Source: Chiloscyllium plagiosum (Eukaryota). Taken from it: a stretch of DNA of 64,000 nt. The notes beneath the pieces are model-generated. The model had not been told where the DNA came from and did no database searches. It worked only from the letters and a program-made list of their open reading frames with translations. The stretch lies in the NCBI RefSeq assembly GCF_004010195.1, contig NC_057720.1, positions 20,101,680 to 20,165,679 of the forward strand, given 5' to 3'. Positions 24,700 to 37,194 of the stretch are shown here, one piece after another (position 1 is the first letter of the stretch; each line of letters opens with the position of its first letter). Both the position numbers and the translations under genes were made by a program.

Positions 24700-26750
24700 A
24701 AAGCAAAGAATTGTGGATGCTGGAGATCTGAAACACAAAAATAGAAATTGCTGGAGAAATTCAGCACGTCTGGCAGCATTTGCAGAGGGAAAACAGTTAA
24801 CATTTCAGGTTCAGTGACCCTTCAAAACTAGAAACAGCTAGAAAAAGGTGGTGTTTATGCCGATGACTGGACAGGGGTGGGGGACAAAGACAGATGTATA
24901 ATGGGTCGCCATACAAAAGGATTGTTTATAGTAAGCCAGGGAAGAAGGGAAGCTAAATAGGTGATAATGGAATTGTGAATAGTTGAAAAAAAGTTGTGCT
25001 GAAAGAAACACATTTCATGACTGGACTGGGGGTTGTAGGATAAATAAAGTACAAGGAAGAAGGTATTCAAGCTCTGAAGTTGTTAAGTTTGACATTGAGT
25101 CGTGAAGGCTGTAAGGTATTTAAGTGGAAGATGATGTGTTATTTTCCAGCTTGTGGTGAACTTTGCTGGAGCACTGCAGCAGGCGTGAGACAGAAATGTT
25201 GAATGGGAGCACAGTGGTGTGTTGAAGTGGCAGGCAACTGTGAGAGCTCAGGATAAATTTTATGGACAGAATGTAGATGTTCTGCAAAATGGGCACTCAG
25301 TCTACAATTCCTCTCCCCAGTGGAGAGGATATGGCATTGTGAGCAACAGACACAATAAGCTCGGTTAAATGAAAATGAGGTAAATTGCTGCTTCATCTGG
25401 ATGGTGAGAAGATGTGAACAGGTAAGTGATGCACCTCCTTCAGTTGCATGGGAAGGTACTGTGGAGATATGGGGAGATTTTGCGAGTGGAGGAGGAGTGT
25501 CCTGGAGGGAATGCTCCTTGCAGAAGGCTTACAAGGGAGTGGCGGGCAATATGTGTCCAGTGATGGCATCTCGCTGGAGGTTACGGAAATGGTGACTTAT
25601 GATCCTTTGAATGGACAGGCCAGTGGGGTGGAAAGTGAGAACAAAGGTGACCCTATTGTTATTGTGGGAGGGAAAGAAAAAGGAGAGGGTAGAAGTACAG
25701 AAAATGGCCCAAACATGGCTAAGGGCCTGACAACCATGTTGGTGTAGAATCCTCGATTTAAGGTAAATATGTCTGAGTCCTCCTTGAAGAAGGCAGCATT
25801 ATCAGAACAGATGTGATGGAGGTGGAGAAACTGGGAGAATGGAAGGTAGTCCTTTCAGAAAAAAGAGTGTAAAGATGTATGGTCAAGGAGTCAGTGGGTT
25901 TGAAATGGATATTGGTAGACAACCTGTCTCCAGAAATGGAAACAGATGTTGAGGATGGGAAGGGAGGACTCAGAAGTGGACCAAGTGAAGATGAGGGAGG
26001 ATGGAAATTAGAAACAAAATTGATAAATAAAAATGTATTACACATAGAAGAAAACAACCCGGTTCGGGTAGGAAGAAATAAGTTCTACAGGACAGGAGCA
26101 GGCAGAAACAGTGGGTCTGCTCAGGTTGTCCCCTTTGTGGATTTTGAGAAGAAGGTAGAAGTGGGTACTGGGGGGTTGGACACTGTAAGATACAAGGCTT
26201 TGATAGCAAAAATCTCCAGATGAGATGATGTTAGTGACAGCGGACAGAATAGCTTGATGTTTGATGGTGGGTCATGGTCAGGGAGGAGGTAAAGGGAGGT
26301 ATTTGAGAGCTGCCATACAGGCTCCACGAGGTAGATGGCAGCATGCCAGATAACAACAGCACAACCCTTGTCAACAGATTTGGTTATAATGTCAAGGTTG
26401 GATCTGAGAGCTTGGAGTGCGGTCAGTTCAGAGGGAGATAGGTTAGAGTGGGTAAAGGGAGCAGAGAAATTAAGGTGGCCAATTCACATTGACAGTTCTC
26501 AGTGGACAGGTTGAGTGCAGGCAAGAGGCCAGTGGGAAGAATCCAAATGAAGAGAGTGTATTCGAGGTACGTGAATGGGTCTGTGGGATGGGAAATGACT
26601 TGTCCAAAGTACTGGGCCTAGATGTGAAGGTTAGAGTGGGGAAAGGGATCAGAGAAATTAAGGTGGCCAATGTCACATTGACAGTTCTCATTGGACAGGT
26701 TGAGTGCAGGCAAGAGGCCAGTGGGAAGAATCCAGGATTCTTCCCACAAA
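24700..26750 (-). mobile_element. Degraded Penelope-like element (RT and GIY-YIG remnants)
   Basis: Minus ORFs LSTNIHFKPTDS and YCVCCSQC..GE..RLSAHFAEHL; PLE-type terminus at about 24700-24830. Confidence 0.75.
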
Positions 26751-28143
26751 GGATTACACTGAGTGTAGAACATTAGTATTCAAGATGGAAGATCAGAATG
26801 TATAGTAAGTACTCAGCCAGTGGTGAGGGAAGAAAGGGATTGCAAGTTCTCGCTTTTGTTGATCTGGTCTTGAAGCTTGCTCTCAAGCTGTTGTGTTATG
26901 GACTGCTAAGGCAAATGCTGCTGTTCTGGTCAGTCATGAACCTGGGTTCATGCTCCCCTTGACTCTGAAACTGCATTCCAGCACTTACTCTCTGACAACT
27001 CCAGTTTTTCGCCAATGCCTCAGATTAGGTAAATACTTGGGTCTTCCCGAACTCTGAATTTTATAACCTCACTATGTCCACAGCAAGAAATATTAATGTT
27101 TGCAAGCTTCTTCTGAGCCTTTCTCAGCTTTGCCCAACACAGAGCTTTCTCAGCTTCCCAGGATTACTCCTGAGTCCTGATTACACAGAACTAATCAATT
27201 GCTCTTGACCTTTTCCCTACAGCTCAACTAAAAATCAAAATGCCAAATATGTGTCACCCTGTTTCTAACTAAACTCTCCACAGGCCTGCTTTTCAATGAC
27301 CCTTATACTGTTGAGTTGCCTATCAAAAAACTTGCCTGTTGAAGGACAGAATTAAATGTTGCCACATAACTACACTTGGAACTCAGTGTTTTGTAAATGT
27401 TACCTTATCGCAGAATGCTAGAAGTGGATCTCATCAAAGGACTCAGTCAGGGAGGACAAGATGGGGACTCTGACGTTGGCACTGCCCAGGGTCTCCAGAA
27501 ACTTGGCCTCGGCTTGCATCCTGGAGAGGACTCTTCATTTTCAATGTGAAGTGTTAACAGAACAAAGAATTGAGTGATAAACCTAACATGATTGGTTTTG
27601 GGCCTCTCCATGTGTGAGAGGGACCAACATGTCTGATTGTTCATCCACCACCCTTCTCAAATCCGGCTGACTTGTAAAGTGCTGGCCTAACAAGGGGTTG
27701 AGCTGCTTCATAGATGCTTAGAGATGAGAGTGTCTGTTCAACAAATGGACAGAATTCAGCTCTCGAGGCAATCAGCAAGAAGAGAATGTGCCAAAGTGTG
27801 GCAAACGAATGTCAGGACTCAGTGCGCAGGATTGATAGTTGCCTTGGATTTGGTTGGCTGCTAGATAATACACATAAGACAGCAGTGCTGATCACTGTTG
27901 AATTTGCCGAATAAATATTTTTTTGTTTTCATAAAATTCTTAATAAGTAGAGCATTTATTCCTCAAGCTCACTTTAATGTAACTCCATTATAACACATAT
28001 GTCAGGATCCAAAAAGTGAAATTGCATCATAGCTGGACTGTGTTGATTGACCTCTTTGGGAGTCATGAGACCCCTGCTGAATAAGCAAATTTGCAGTTTA
28101 TTGAACCATTCTATAACAGACATTTGTGTTCCTAAAAGGTATA

Positions 28144-28362
28144 CAGTTGGTTCTGCTATAGCACGATAGTTTCGTTCTCATGCAATCCCCTGTTCTAAGA
28201 AAATCATGTAATATCAGCACCATTTAAACTAATGGGGTCGGACAGGCCTTATAATCAATACATGCTTTAAAAATTTGAACTTTAGAAACAGTGTCTCCAA
28301 TTCATCAATCATGTTGTAGCAAATTCATATTAACGAAACTTGCGTTATAGCAAAACGACCTG
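28144..28362. mobile_element. Tc1/mariner (Tigger/pogo-like) MITE
   Basis: TA flanks; imperfect TIRs cagttggttctgctatagc / (rc) caggtcgttttgctataac. Confidence 0.7.
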
Positions 28363-28588
28363 TACATGATATTCTTGCTGGCAGTTACACTATTGTTTGT
28401 ATTCCTCAACGCATTCATTCCCCACAGTAGTTATACTTAAATTTATGCAACTCATACAAAACATTTAATTTTTAAGTCATCCTCACGTTATGTGCAAGTT
28501 TAATTATCTGCATTTTTACATTTATCCTGACTCACTTAGTTGCATTATTCTATTTCTAAGACAAATCTTTTACGTTTTTTCTCAATAG

Positions 28589-28658
28589 GTCGATCACCTG
28601 CACAATTTCATTGTTTTCCGCTTCACTATGGGATTTGTGGACAGTATAATTGCCAAAT
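28589..28658 (+). CDS. ABCD3: ABCD3 exon 11 (70 nt)
   Basis: caatag|GTC...AAA T|gtaagt; VDHLHNFIVFRFTMGFVDSIIAK(Y). Confidence 0.95.
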
Positions 28659-28929
28659 GTAAGTAATATGTATGGTTAAAATTATGTTTTCATTCGTTAT
28701 AATAACTGTCCTAATAATGCAGAAAAATCTGCAGAAAAGCTGAATGCTGCTTCAAAACTTGAAACACCTTCTACTTAATTAACTTGTAGTTATTGCACCA
28801 ATCTGCTATGTAGAAATTTAAAAACTCAAAGCCAATGATGAGAAAAGTCAAGGTTGACTCTCCGGTATTGTTCAGCCACTCAGTATTTGCAGTGGTAGTA
28901 TCCTACCTTTGAGGCAGTAATTACAGGTC

Positions 28930-29360
28930 TAACTTGCTCAACTTCTCATGAGAAAACTTTTCCATAACTGAGATCAATCCAGTGAACCTTATCAGGTCTG
29001 CTTACAGTGCCAAAATGCCTTATCTTAATAAAGACACCAAAACTGGTCACAGTAGCTTTGGTGTGATCTGATTATAGTTATAGCAAGACTTCCCTATTTT
29101 TACATTCCTTTTGAAATAAATGACTGTTCCATTTGCCTTCCCTAATACATGTAACGTTTTGAGGCTTATATGTAATGAGTTCCAATTCCCACACTGTTAC
29201 AGCTTTCTACAACTTTTATTCATTTAAATAATATTTAGTTCCTCTATTCTTCCTGCCAAAGCGCATAGCCCCAACATTATACTCCATGTGCAAAGTTTTT
29301 TGCCCAATGACTTTGACTCTTCAGACAGCTTCTGTCTTCCTTACCACTTCCCTTCCCATC
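28930..29360 (-). mobile_element. Old LINE RT fragment
   Basis: Similar to the minus-strand LINE pieces at 39800-40250 and 59700-60200; degraded. Confidence 0.6.
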
Positions 29361-29832
29361 TAATTTGATTACTTGTTTTTATTTTGTTGTTTACACCTTA
29401 GTTAATGAATCTAATCTAGAGCTAGACAATCACAAAATGACAAGCCAATGTACACACTGTTAAATAAACATTGTGCTGTGCACTGTCTATAATTAACGAA
29501 AACTGTGAAGGGCCTTGATTCCAGAAGTTGTACCCAGATTTATATCTGAATCTAAGTTCATTTTGCAGAATACCAAATTATACTTCGATTCTTCCCAAGC
29601 TCATTTGAATCTGATTGCAAACTTGAATTTCCATTCCTGCACGTCATCTCTGTTTTCCCCAAGGATTTGTCTTTGGCTGCCTCCTTTCTCTCATCTGTAT
29701 GCTGCCATTTGGCGATGTCATTCTTAATAACATGCAACTTTACTGCACTATCACTTGTCTTGGCCTTTGCATTGTGTCTAAATTGTCAGACTGCTTATCT
29801 GACATCCAATACTACATGATACAAAAGTTTCT

Positions 29833-30105
29833 CTGACTGTGTGGAGTTTACACATTCTCCCCGTGGTCTGCGTGGGTTTCCTCTGAGTGCTTCAGTATCT
29901 TCCCACGGTCCAAAGTTGGCAGGTCAGGTGAATTGGCCATGCTAAATTGCCCATGGTTTTCAGGGATGTATAGATTTGGTGCATTAGTCAGGGGTAAATA
30001 GAAGGTTGGGGAAGTGGGTCTGGGTGGGTTGCTCTTCGGAGTGTAGGTGTGGACATATTGGGCCGAAGGGCCTGATTCCACACTTTAGGGATTCCATGAT
30101 TCTAC
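29833..30105 (+). mobile_element. V-SINE (HE1-like), 5'-truncated
   Basis: V-core tgtgtggagttt..ttctcccc..tctgcgtgggtttcctc plus tail. Confidence 0.85.
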
Positions 30106-30401
30106 ATCAATTTTAAAATGTTCATCCTCAATTTTCAAATTCCTCCATAGTCTGCTCCCTCTCTGTCGAAGTAATCTCTTTCAGATTTAATATTCTTGGA
30201 AATATTTTTGCTCTAATAATGGTCCCTTAGACCTATCTGGTTTGAATCACTCCACCTTTGATCACACTTTCAGTTGCCTTGACCTCCCAAGCTCGCACAT
30301 TCCTTCCCTAAATCTCTCTGCCTCTTGACCTCCCCTTTCACCTTTCATCAAAGGTCTGATCATCTTGCTTAATATCATCTGTGTGTCAGTGTCATATATA
30401 G

Positions 30402-31188
30402 CAAGCTTTGAGAAGATGTGTAGCTCAGGTTGAGGTTCTGGATGTAGGTGTGCTTGCTAAGCTGGAAGGTTCAATTTCAGACACTTCATACCATGCTAGG
30501 TAACATCATCAGTAAGTCTTTGGATGAAGCACTGGTGGTGTGGCCCGCTTTCTATTCCTGTGTTTGAGATTCCTTGAGTTGGTGATGTCATTTCCTTTGG
30601 TGACGTAATTTCCTGCTCTTTTTCTTGGGAGGTGGTAAATGGGATCCAAGTCAATGTTTGCTGATAGCGTTCCAGTTGAAATGCCATGCTTCTAGGAATT
30701 CTCATGCATGTCTCTGTTTGGCTTGTCCTAGGATGGATGTATTGTCCCAGTCGAAGTGATGTCCTTCCTCATCTGTATTTAAAGATACTAGTGAGAGAGG
30801 GTCATGTCTTTTTGTGGCTAGTTTATGTTCATGTATCCTGGGTGGCTAGTTTTCTGTCTGTTTGTCCAATGTTGTGTTTGTTACAGTTCTTGCAAGGTAT
30901 TTTATAAATTACATTAGTTTTGCTTGACATCTATATAAGAGTCTTTCAAGTTCATTAGCTGCTGTTTTAGTGTGTTGGTGGGTTTGTGGGCTACCATGAT
31001 GCCAAGAGGTCTGAGTAGTCTGGCTGATCACAGGAAATGACATCACCTACTCAAGTAAACCCAAACACATAAATGGAAAGTGGGCCATGTCACCAGGGTT
31101 TCATCCAGAGGATCACTGATGATGTTACCTAGTATGGTGACGAAACGTCTGAAAACTTGTAACTTGGCGAGCAAACCTACATCCAGTT
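30402..31188 (-). mobile_element. Penelope-like element remnant with inverted arms
   Basis: TSD gtgtcatatatag (30389-30401 / 31189-31201); GIY-YIG C-terminal remnant (FLEAWH-like) on minus. Confidence 0.8.
31113..31152 (+). ncRNA. Minimal hammerhead-ribozyme-like motif (PLE type), sense to ABCD3
   Basis: tca-CTGATGA-t-GTTACC tagtat GGTGAC-GAAAC-GTC-tga: core intact, stems I and II pair. Confidence 0.6.
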
Positions 31189-31761
31189 GTGTCATATATA
31201 GTGTTATGCTGCCTGTGTGGAATACGTTTTGGAATGTTTTATTATGTTTAGGGCTCCATATAAATCATTTTATTGATATGGTTGATGCAAATAGCACAGT
31301 TAGAGGATACTTGTATTTGGGAGTTGAGAATATGACCAGTTTTGTAAGCTAGTTTGTTTGGCTAGAGAGTTTGATGGATAGACATAAAAGACCAGAGAAC
31401 GTAATGGTTTTCTCATTACAGTTGTGATATCCTAAGTTAATCTGGTCCCATTTGCCAGCATTTGGCTTATATCTCTCTAAACACTTCCTATTAAATTTTA
31501 ATTTTAATTGCTGTAAATAGCCAGATTAATAGTTCATTTTATGCTACTTTTAAAAAAAAAAGTCTTCTACTTATTTTTATTTCCTATTGCTTGAAAAAGA
31601 GAGCAGATTTTGAATTCAATTCTATGCAGAAAGGATATTAGATTTTGCTTTCAGAGTCCCAGAGGATGTCACTATATAGAGTATTGTTTAGAGAAATGGT
31701 TATCCAAAAAGGAATTATAATTTTAAACAGTTTAGGGGGACACATGCTATCCTAACTTAAT

Positions 31762-31873
31762 GGAGAAAGTGAGGGCTGCAGATGCTGGAGATCAGAGCTG
31801 AAAATGTGTTGCTGGAAAAGCGCAGCAGGTCAGGTAGCATCCAAGGAACAGGAGAATTGACGTTTCGGGCATA
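31762..31873 (-). mobile_element. PLE terminal repeat, single arm
   Basis: ggagaaagtgagggctgcagatgctgg...gacgtttcgggca; same family as 657-858. Confidence 0.75.
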
Positions 31874-32301
31874 TAATGCCAAGCTTGAACATTTTGATTT
31901 TGATTTTATCATCACATGTACTCAAGTACAAAAGTACAGGCATACAAGGAAAAATGTATAAAGTTGCCTCACAAAGTGCTAGGTTACCAAGACTTTGCTA
32001 CACCAGGCCAAGAATCCACCACATGGACTATAAGAAATATTTTGCAATCTATGGCATAGTTTTAAACTCTCAAACCCTTCCCACCATTTTGTATTTGTTC
32101 TTTGTTTTATTTCCTTTTCAAGTTTTTAACTAGGAAATAATAGATATATAAAGATACAAGTTTACCTTGTTAAGATATTCTCAGATATTCCTCTTTAGAA
32201 ATATTTAATTGAGAAAGTGTGTTGCCATTTGTTTACAAAGTCTATTTCCTTGCTGCATTGATCAGGCTTTCTAAAGTGCTATGTTTTAAAATCCATTACA
32301 G

Positions 32302-32399
32302 ATCTTGCTACTGTTGTTGGTTATCTGGTTGTAAGCCGACCTTTCTTGAACCTTTCTCACCCTCGCCATCTGCAAAGTAATCACGCTGAACTGTTGGAG
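32302..32399 (+). CDS. ABCD3: ABCD3 exon 12 (98 nt)
   Basis: ttacag|AT CTT...GAG|gtaaat; LATVVGYLVVSRPFLNLSHPRHLQSNHAELLE. Confidence 0.95.
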
Positions 32400-32559
32400 G
32401 TAAATGTTGATTAGGTGTTCTCCACTGCATATTAGTGCAAAAAGGAGCAATTTATTGCTTGTAAATATGAAAAAGACAGTTTATTTTTCATTTCAGTGTG
32501 ACCAAGATAAAATTCAATTTTTCTTTTTAAAGTTGATTGGGCCTGGTATATTTAGAAGC

Positions 32560-35500
32560 ATAGACACTGTTCTCTGTGACCAGGATCAAGAGTCCCAAAG
32601 GTTGTGTTGCCTGCCTATTGTTCAGGTTCGGGATATCTTTTCTAGGCTGCAAGGTGGTTGGAGTAGGAGAGTAAAGATCCAGTGGTTATGGTCCATGTAG
32701 GGACTAATGACATAGATAAAATTAGGGCAGAGGTTTTGGTAAGGGAGTATGAACAATTTGGAGCTAAATTGAAAAGCAGAACCGAAAACGTGATAATTTC
32801 TGAATTATTACCTGATCCACATGCTAATTGGTACAGGGTCAATAAGATTAAGCCTGGCTCAAAGATTGGTGTGGGAGAAATAAGTTTGAATTTTAGGGGA
32901 TGGGGGTGAGGGGAGGGGGTGGGGGGAGGAGCGGTTGGAGCTTTGGTGCTCAGTTATAGGGAAAATTAGAAAACCCGAATTAAAGGAGGAGATAAGAATG
33001 CAGAACTCGGGGAGAGGTTATTAAAATCTCCAGCACAGACACAAACACAACAGAGTGCATAGAAAAGGTTAGCAATCAAAGTTTGAGCACTCTGGACAAA
33101 TGAATGACAATGAGAAGAGGAACGGTTAATACAGAGCTGAAGGCATTATATCTGAATGCATGCTGTATAAGGAATAAGATAAGTGAGCTTATGGCACAGA
33201 TCAAAAATGGCAGGTATGATGTGGTAGGCATCATAGAAACGTGGCTGCAAGGGGATCAGGATTGGGAGCTGGATATTCAAGGATATAAATCCTAGGTGGG
33301 CAGAAGGGGTGGGGTTGCCTTATTAGTAAAAAAGAAAGTAGGGTCAGATGGTGTAGAATCTGTGTGGATAGAATTGAGGAACCGCAAAGATGAAAAAACT
33401 ATGGTTGGAGTTATGTACAGGCCTCTAAATAGTAGTCAGGAGCTGGCATGCAAGATACACTAGGAGAAGAGAAGTTGTGTTGGAAATGCAAAATTACAGT
33501 GATCATGAGGGGATTTCAATGTGCAGGTGAATTGGGAAAATCAAGTTAGTAGTGGATTGCAAGAAAAGGAATTTGTGGAATGTCTACGCAGATTTGATAA
33601 GGGAGCTTAAGGTGAAGGAACTGTTAGGAGACAATGATCATAATATGATTGAATTTACTCTGCAATTTGAGAGGAAGGAGATAGAATCAGAAGTAATGGT
33701 ATTTCAGCTGAATAAAGGCAATTACAGAGGCATGAGGGAGAAGCTGGGTAGAATTGACAGGGAAAGGAGTCTATCAGGAAAAAGAGTGGAACAGCAATGG
33801 CAGGAGTTTGTGGGAGTAATTCAGGAGACAACACAAAGATTCATCCTGAAGGGAAAGTACAAGAAGGATGAGGCAACCATGGCTGAATAGGAAAGTCAGG
33901 CATAGCATAAAAGCAAAAGCATATAATATGGTGAAGGGCAGTGGGAAACCAGAGGATTGGGAAGCTTACAAAAATTAACTGAGGGCAACAAAAAAAATAA
34001 AGAGGGAGAAGATTAAAGATTAAGCTATCCAGTATTATAAAGGAGGACTGTGAGAGTTTCTTTGGATATGTAAAGAGCAAAAGAGGGGCAAAATTATAAA
34101 TTGGGCTGCTGGAGAGATAGCAGTGGGGAACAAAGAAATGGCTACGGAACTGAATAATTACTTCCAAGAGATTGAGGGGCAGAGCTGAATATGGAGGCCA
34201 TCACCAAGGACAAGGTACTAGAAAAACTGAATGACCTGAAGTTGGATAAATCACTTGGACCAGATGGACTACACCCCAGAGTTCTAAGAGAGATAGCTGA
34301 AGAGATAATGGAGGCATTAGTGCTGATCTTTCAGGAATCGCTAGAATCCAGGAGGGTCCCAGTGGCCCCGAAAATTGCAAACATGGCATCCCTATTTAAA
34401 AATGGAATAAGGCAGAAGATGGAACATTACAGACCAGTTAGCCTAACCTCAGTCGTGGGTAAGATCCTGGAATCCATTGTGAAGGATGAGATGTCTGAAT
34501 ACTTGAAAGTGTATAGTAAAATAGAGCCAATGGATGTTATCTACATGGATTTCAAGAAGGCCTTTGACAAGATGCCACACAGGAGGCTACGGTAAGATTA
34601 GGGCCCATGATGTCAGAGCAAGGTGCTAGCATGGATAGAAGCTTGGCTGTCTGGCAGAAAGCAGAGAGTGGAGATAAAAGGGTCCTTCTCAGGATGGCAG
34701 CCTGTGATTAGTGATGTTCCGCAAAGCTCAGAGTTGGGACAGCATCTTTACACTTTATACATTAATGATCTCGATGAAGAAACAGAGAGCATTCTGGCTA
34801 AGTTTGCAGACGACATAAAGATAGGTAGAGGGACAGGTAACGTTGAGGAGGTAGGGAGGCTGCAGAAGGATTTGGGCAGGTTAGGAGAGTAGGCAAAGAA
34901 ATGGCAGATGGAGTACTGTGTGGAAAGTGTAAGGTCATGCACGTAGCAGGAAGAATAGAGGCATGGACTATTTTCTAAATGGGGAGAAAATTCAAGAGTC
35001 TGAAGTGGGATTCTGTGTAGGTAAACTTGCAGGTTGAGTCAATAGTTAGGAAGGCAAATGCAATGATGGCATTTATTTTGAGACGACTTGAATATAAAAG
35101 CCAGGATGTACTCCTGAAGCTCTATAAGGTTCTGGTCAGACCTCATTTGGAGTATTGTTTGCAGGTTTGGGCCGCATATCTCAGGAAGGATGTGCTGTCC
35201 CTGGAGCGTGTTCAGAGGAGGTTCACGAGAATGGTTCCTGGAATGAAAAGCTTAACATTTGAGGAACGTTTGAGGACTCTGGGAGTTTAGAAGGATGAGT
35301 GGGTGGATCTAATTGAAACATACAGAATACTTAAGAGCCCGGACAGAGTAAACTTTGGAAAGATGTTTCCGTTAGTAGGAGAGACTAGGACCTGAGGGCA
35401 TAGCCTTAAAGTACATAAAGAACGGAGATAAGGAGAAATTTCTTCAGCCAGAGAGTAGTGAGTCTATGGAAATCATAGCCACAGAAGGCTGTGGAGGCCG

Positions 35501-35672
35501 GGTCATTGACTATATTTAAGACTGAGATAGGGTAGGTTCTTGAGTGAGAAGGGGATTGAGAGTTATATGGAGAAAATGACAGAATGGGGTTGAGAAACCA
35601 GCCATGATTGAATGGCATAGCAGACTTGATGGGCTGAATGGCCTAGTTTCTGCTCCAATGTCTTACAGTCTT
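32560..35672 (+). mobile_element. CR1/L2-type LINE with ORF1 esterase remnant, endonuclease, RT and 3' tail; fills intron 12
   Basis: VHVGTND (SGNH-type ORF1), LYLNA..IRNK, GIIETWL, YMDFKKAFD, KFADD; tail tcttacagtctt ends at 35672. Confidence 0.9.
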
Positions 35673-35685
35673 GCTTTTTTCTTAG

Positions 35686-35777
35686 GACTACTATCAAAGT
35701 GGTCGTATGTTACTGAGAATGTCTCAGGCACTTGGTAGAATTGTGCTGGCTGGACGTGAGATGACGAGATTGTCTGG
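35686..35777 (+). CDS. ABCD3: ABCD3 exon 13 (92 nt)
   Basis: tcttag|GAC...TCT GG|gtgaga; DYYQSGRMLLRMSQALGRIVLAGREMTRLS(G). Confidence 0.95.
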
Positions 35778-36293
35778 GTGAGATCTTATTTTAAGGTTTT
35801 TCTTATTCCTGTCAATCAAGATCAAAATTGATTCAAAATTGCTTTGCTTTCAGAAAAAGCCATGCATAGTAGCAAGAGAACACATTCTATCAAACAATAT
35901 TTTGATATATAATACATTTTTTCAATGAATCTTTATGTTTTTGGAAACCAAGTTAGCCAATTGGTTCTTTGAGACTTGTTTACATTTTCATTTGGATTTA
36001 TGGCTGCTCTGTATTCTACACTGTTTATTACTCTTCTGCCTTTGTGCTCTTGCTGAATAGAAATATATGAAAAATTGCTAAAAAGAGGCATAAAATTGAA
36101 GCATTCTTACACTCATCAAGCCTAAACCACAAGAAAATCAACTTTAGAAAGCAAACAACAATCATAAAGCAGGACACGTTCACTATTATAGTAAACTGAT
36201 TAAATTACAAACAGGCTAGTTGACTCTGCTCAGTGTTGTCATGGGATGCAGCATAGCCTTTCCTCAGTGACAAAGGTGCAATGTATGAACATA

Positions 36294-36768
36294 GAAAAGA
36301 TTTACAAGGATGTTGCCAGGGTTGGAGGATTTGAGCTGTGGGGAGAGGTTGAATAAGCTGGGGCTGTTTTCCCTGGAGCGTCGAAGGCTGAGGGGTGATC
36401 TTATAGAGGTTTACAAAATTATGAGGGGCATGGATAGGGTAAGTTGGCAGAGTCTTTTCCCTGGGGTTGTGGAGTCCAGAACTAGAGGGCATAGGTTTAG
36501 GGTGAGAAGGGAAAGATATAAGAGACCTACGGGGCAACTTTTTCACGCAGAGGATGATACGTGCTTGGAATGAGCTGCCAGAGGAAGTGGTGGAGGCTGG
36601 TACAATTGCAGCATTTAAGAGGCATTTGGATGGGTATATGAATAGGAAGGGTTTGGAGGGATATGGGCCGGTTGCTGGCAGGTGGGACTAGATTGGGTTG
36701 GGATATCTGGTCGGCATGGACGGGTTGCTCCGAAGGGTCTGTTTCCATGCTGTACACCTCTATGACTC
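36294..36768 (+). mobile_element. CR1 3' fragment
   Basis: ORF LERRRLRGDLIEVYKIM plus 3' UTR. Confidence 0.9.
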
Positions 36769-37194
36769 CATATTCCTTTTGTCTACAAAGTGCAGGGCCC
36801 TTTGTCTGTATAAATGTAGCTTCTAGCATGAACAAATGAATTGCATTGTAAACCTAACTGATTAACACAAATTTGTTTCTAGTGTAATTCTTAGTGCAGT
36901 CGAAATTATTTGCCAAATATTGTCCAAATGTAGTATGATACCTAATGTTGGATACGCCATTCTGAGTTGAAAATTGTGGCGCTGGAAAAGCACAGTAGGT
37001 CACGCAGCATCTGAGAAGCAGAAGAGTCGACATTTTGGGCATAAGCCTTTCTAGTTGAGCACAGTCATTATGCTGCCCACTCCTAACAGTGGAATGAAAA
37101 TTGGCTTACAGTAGGTCGTAGTAAAAAACCCATTTAACAGATTCCTCAACTAGGATCTGGTTTGACTGCTCCATTTCAAATATAATGGCACAGA

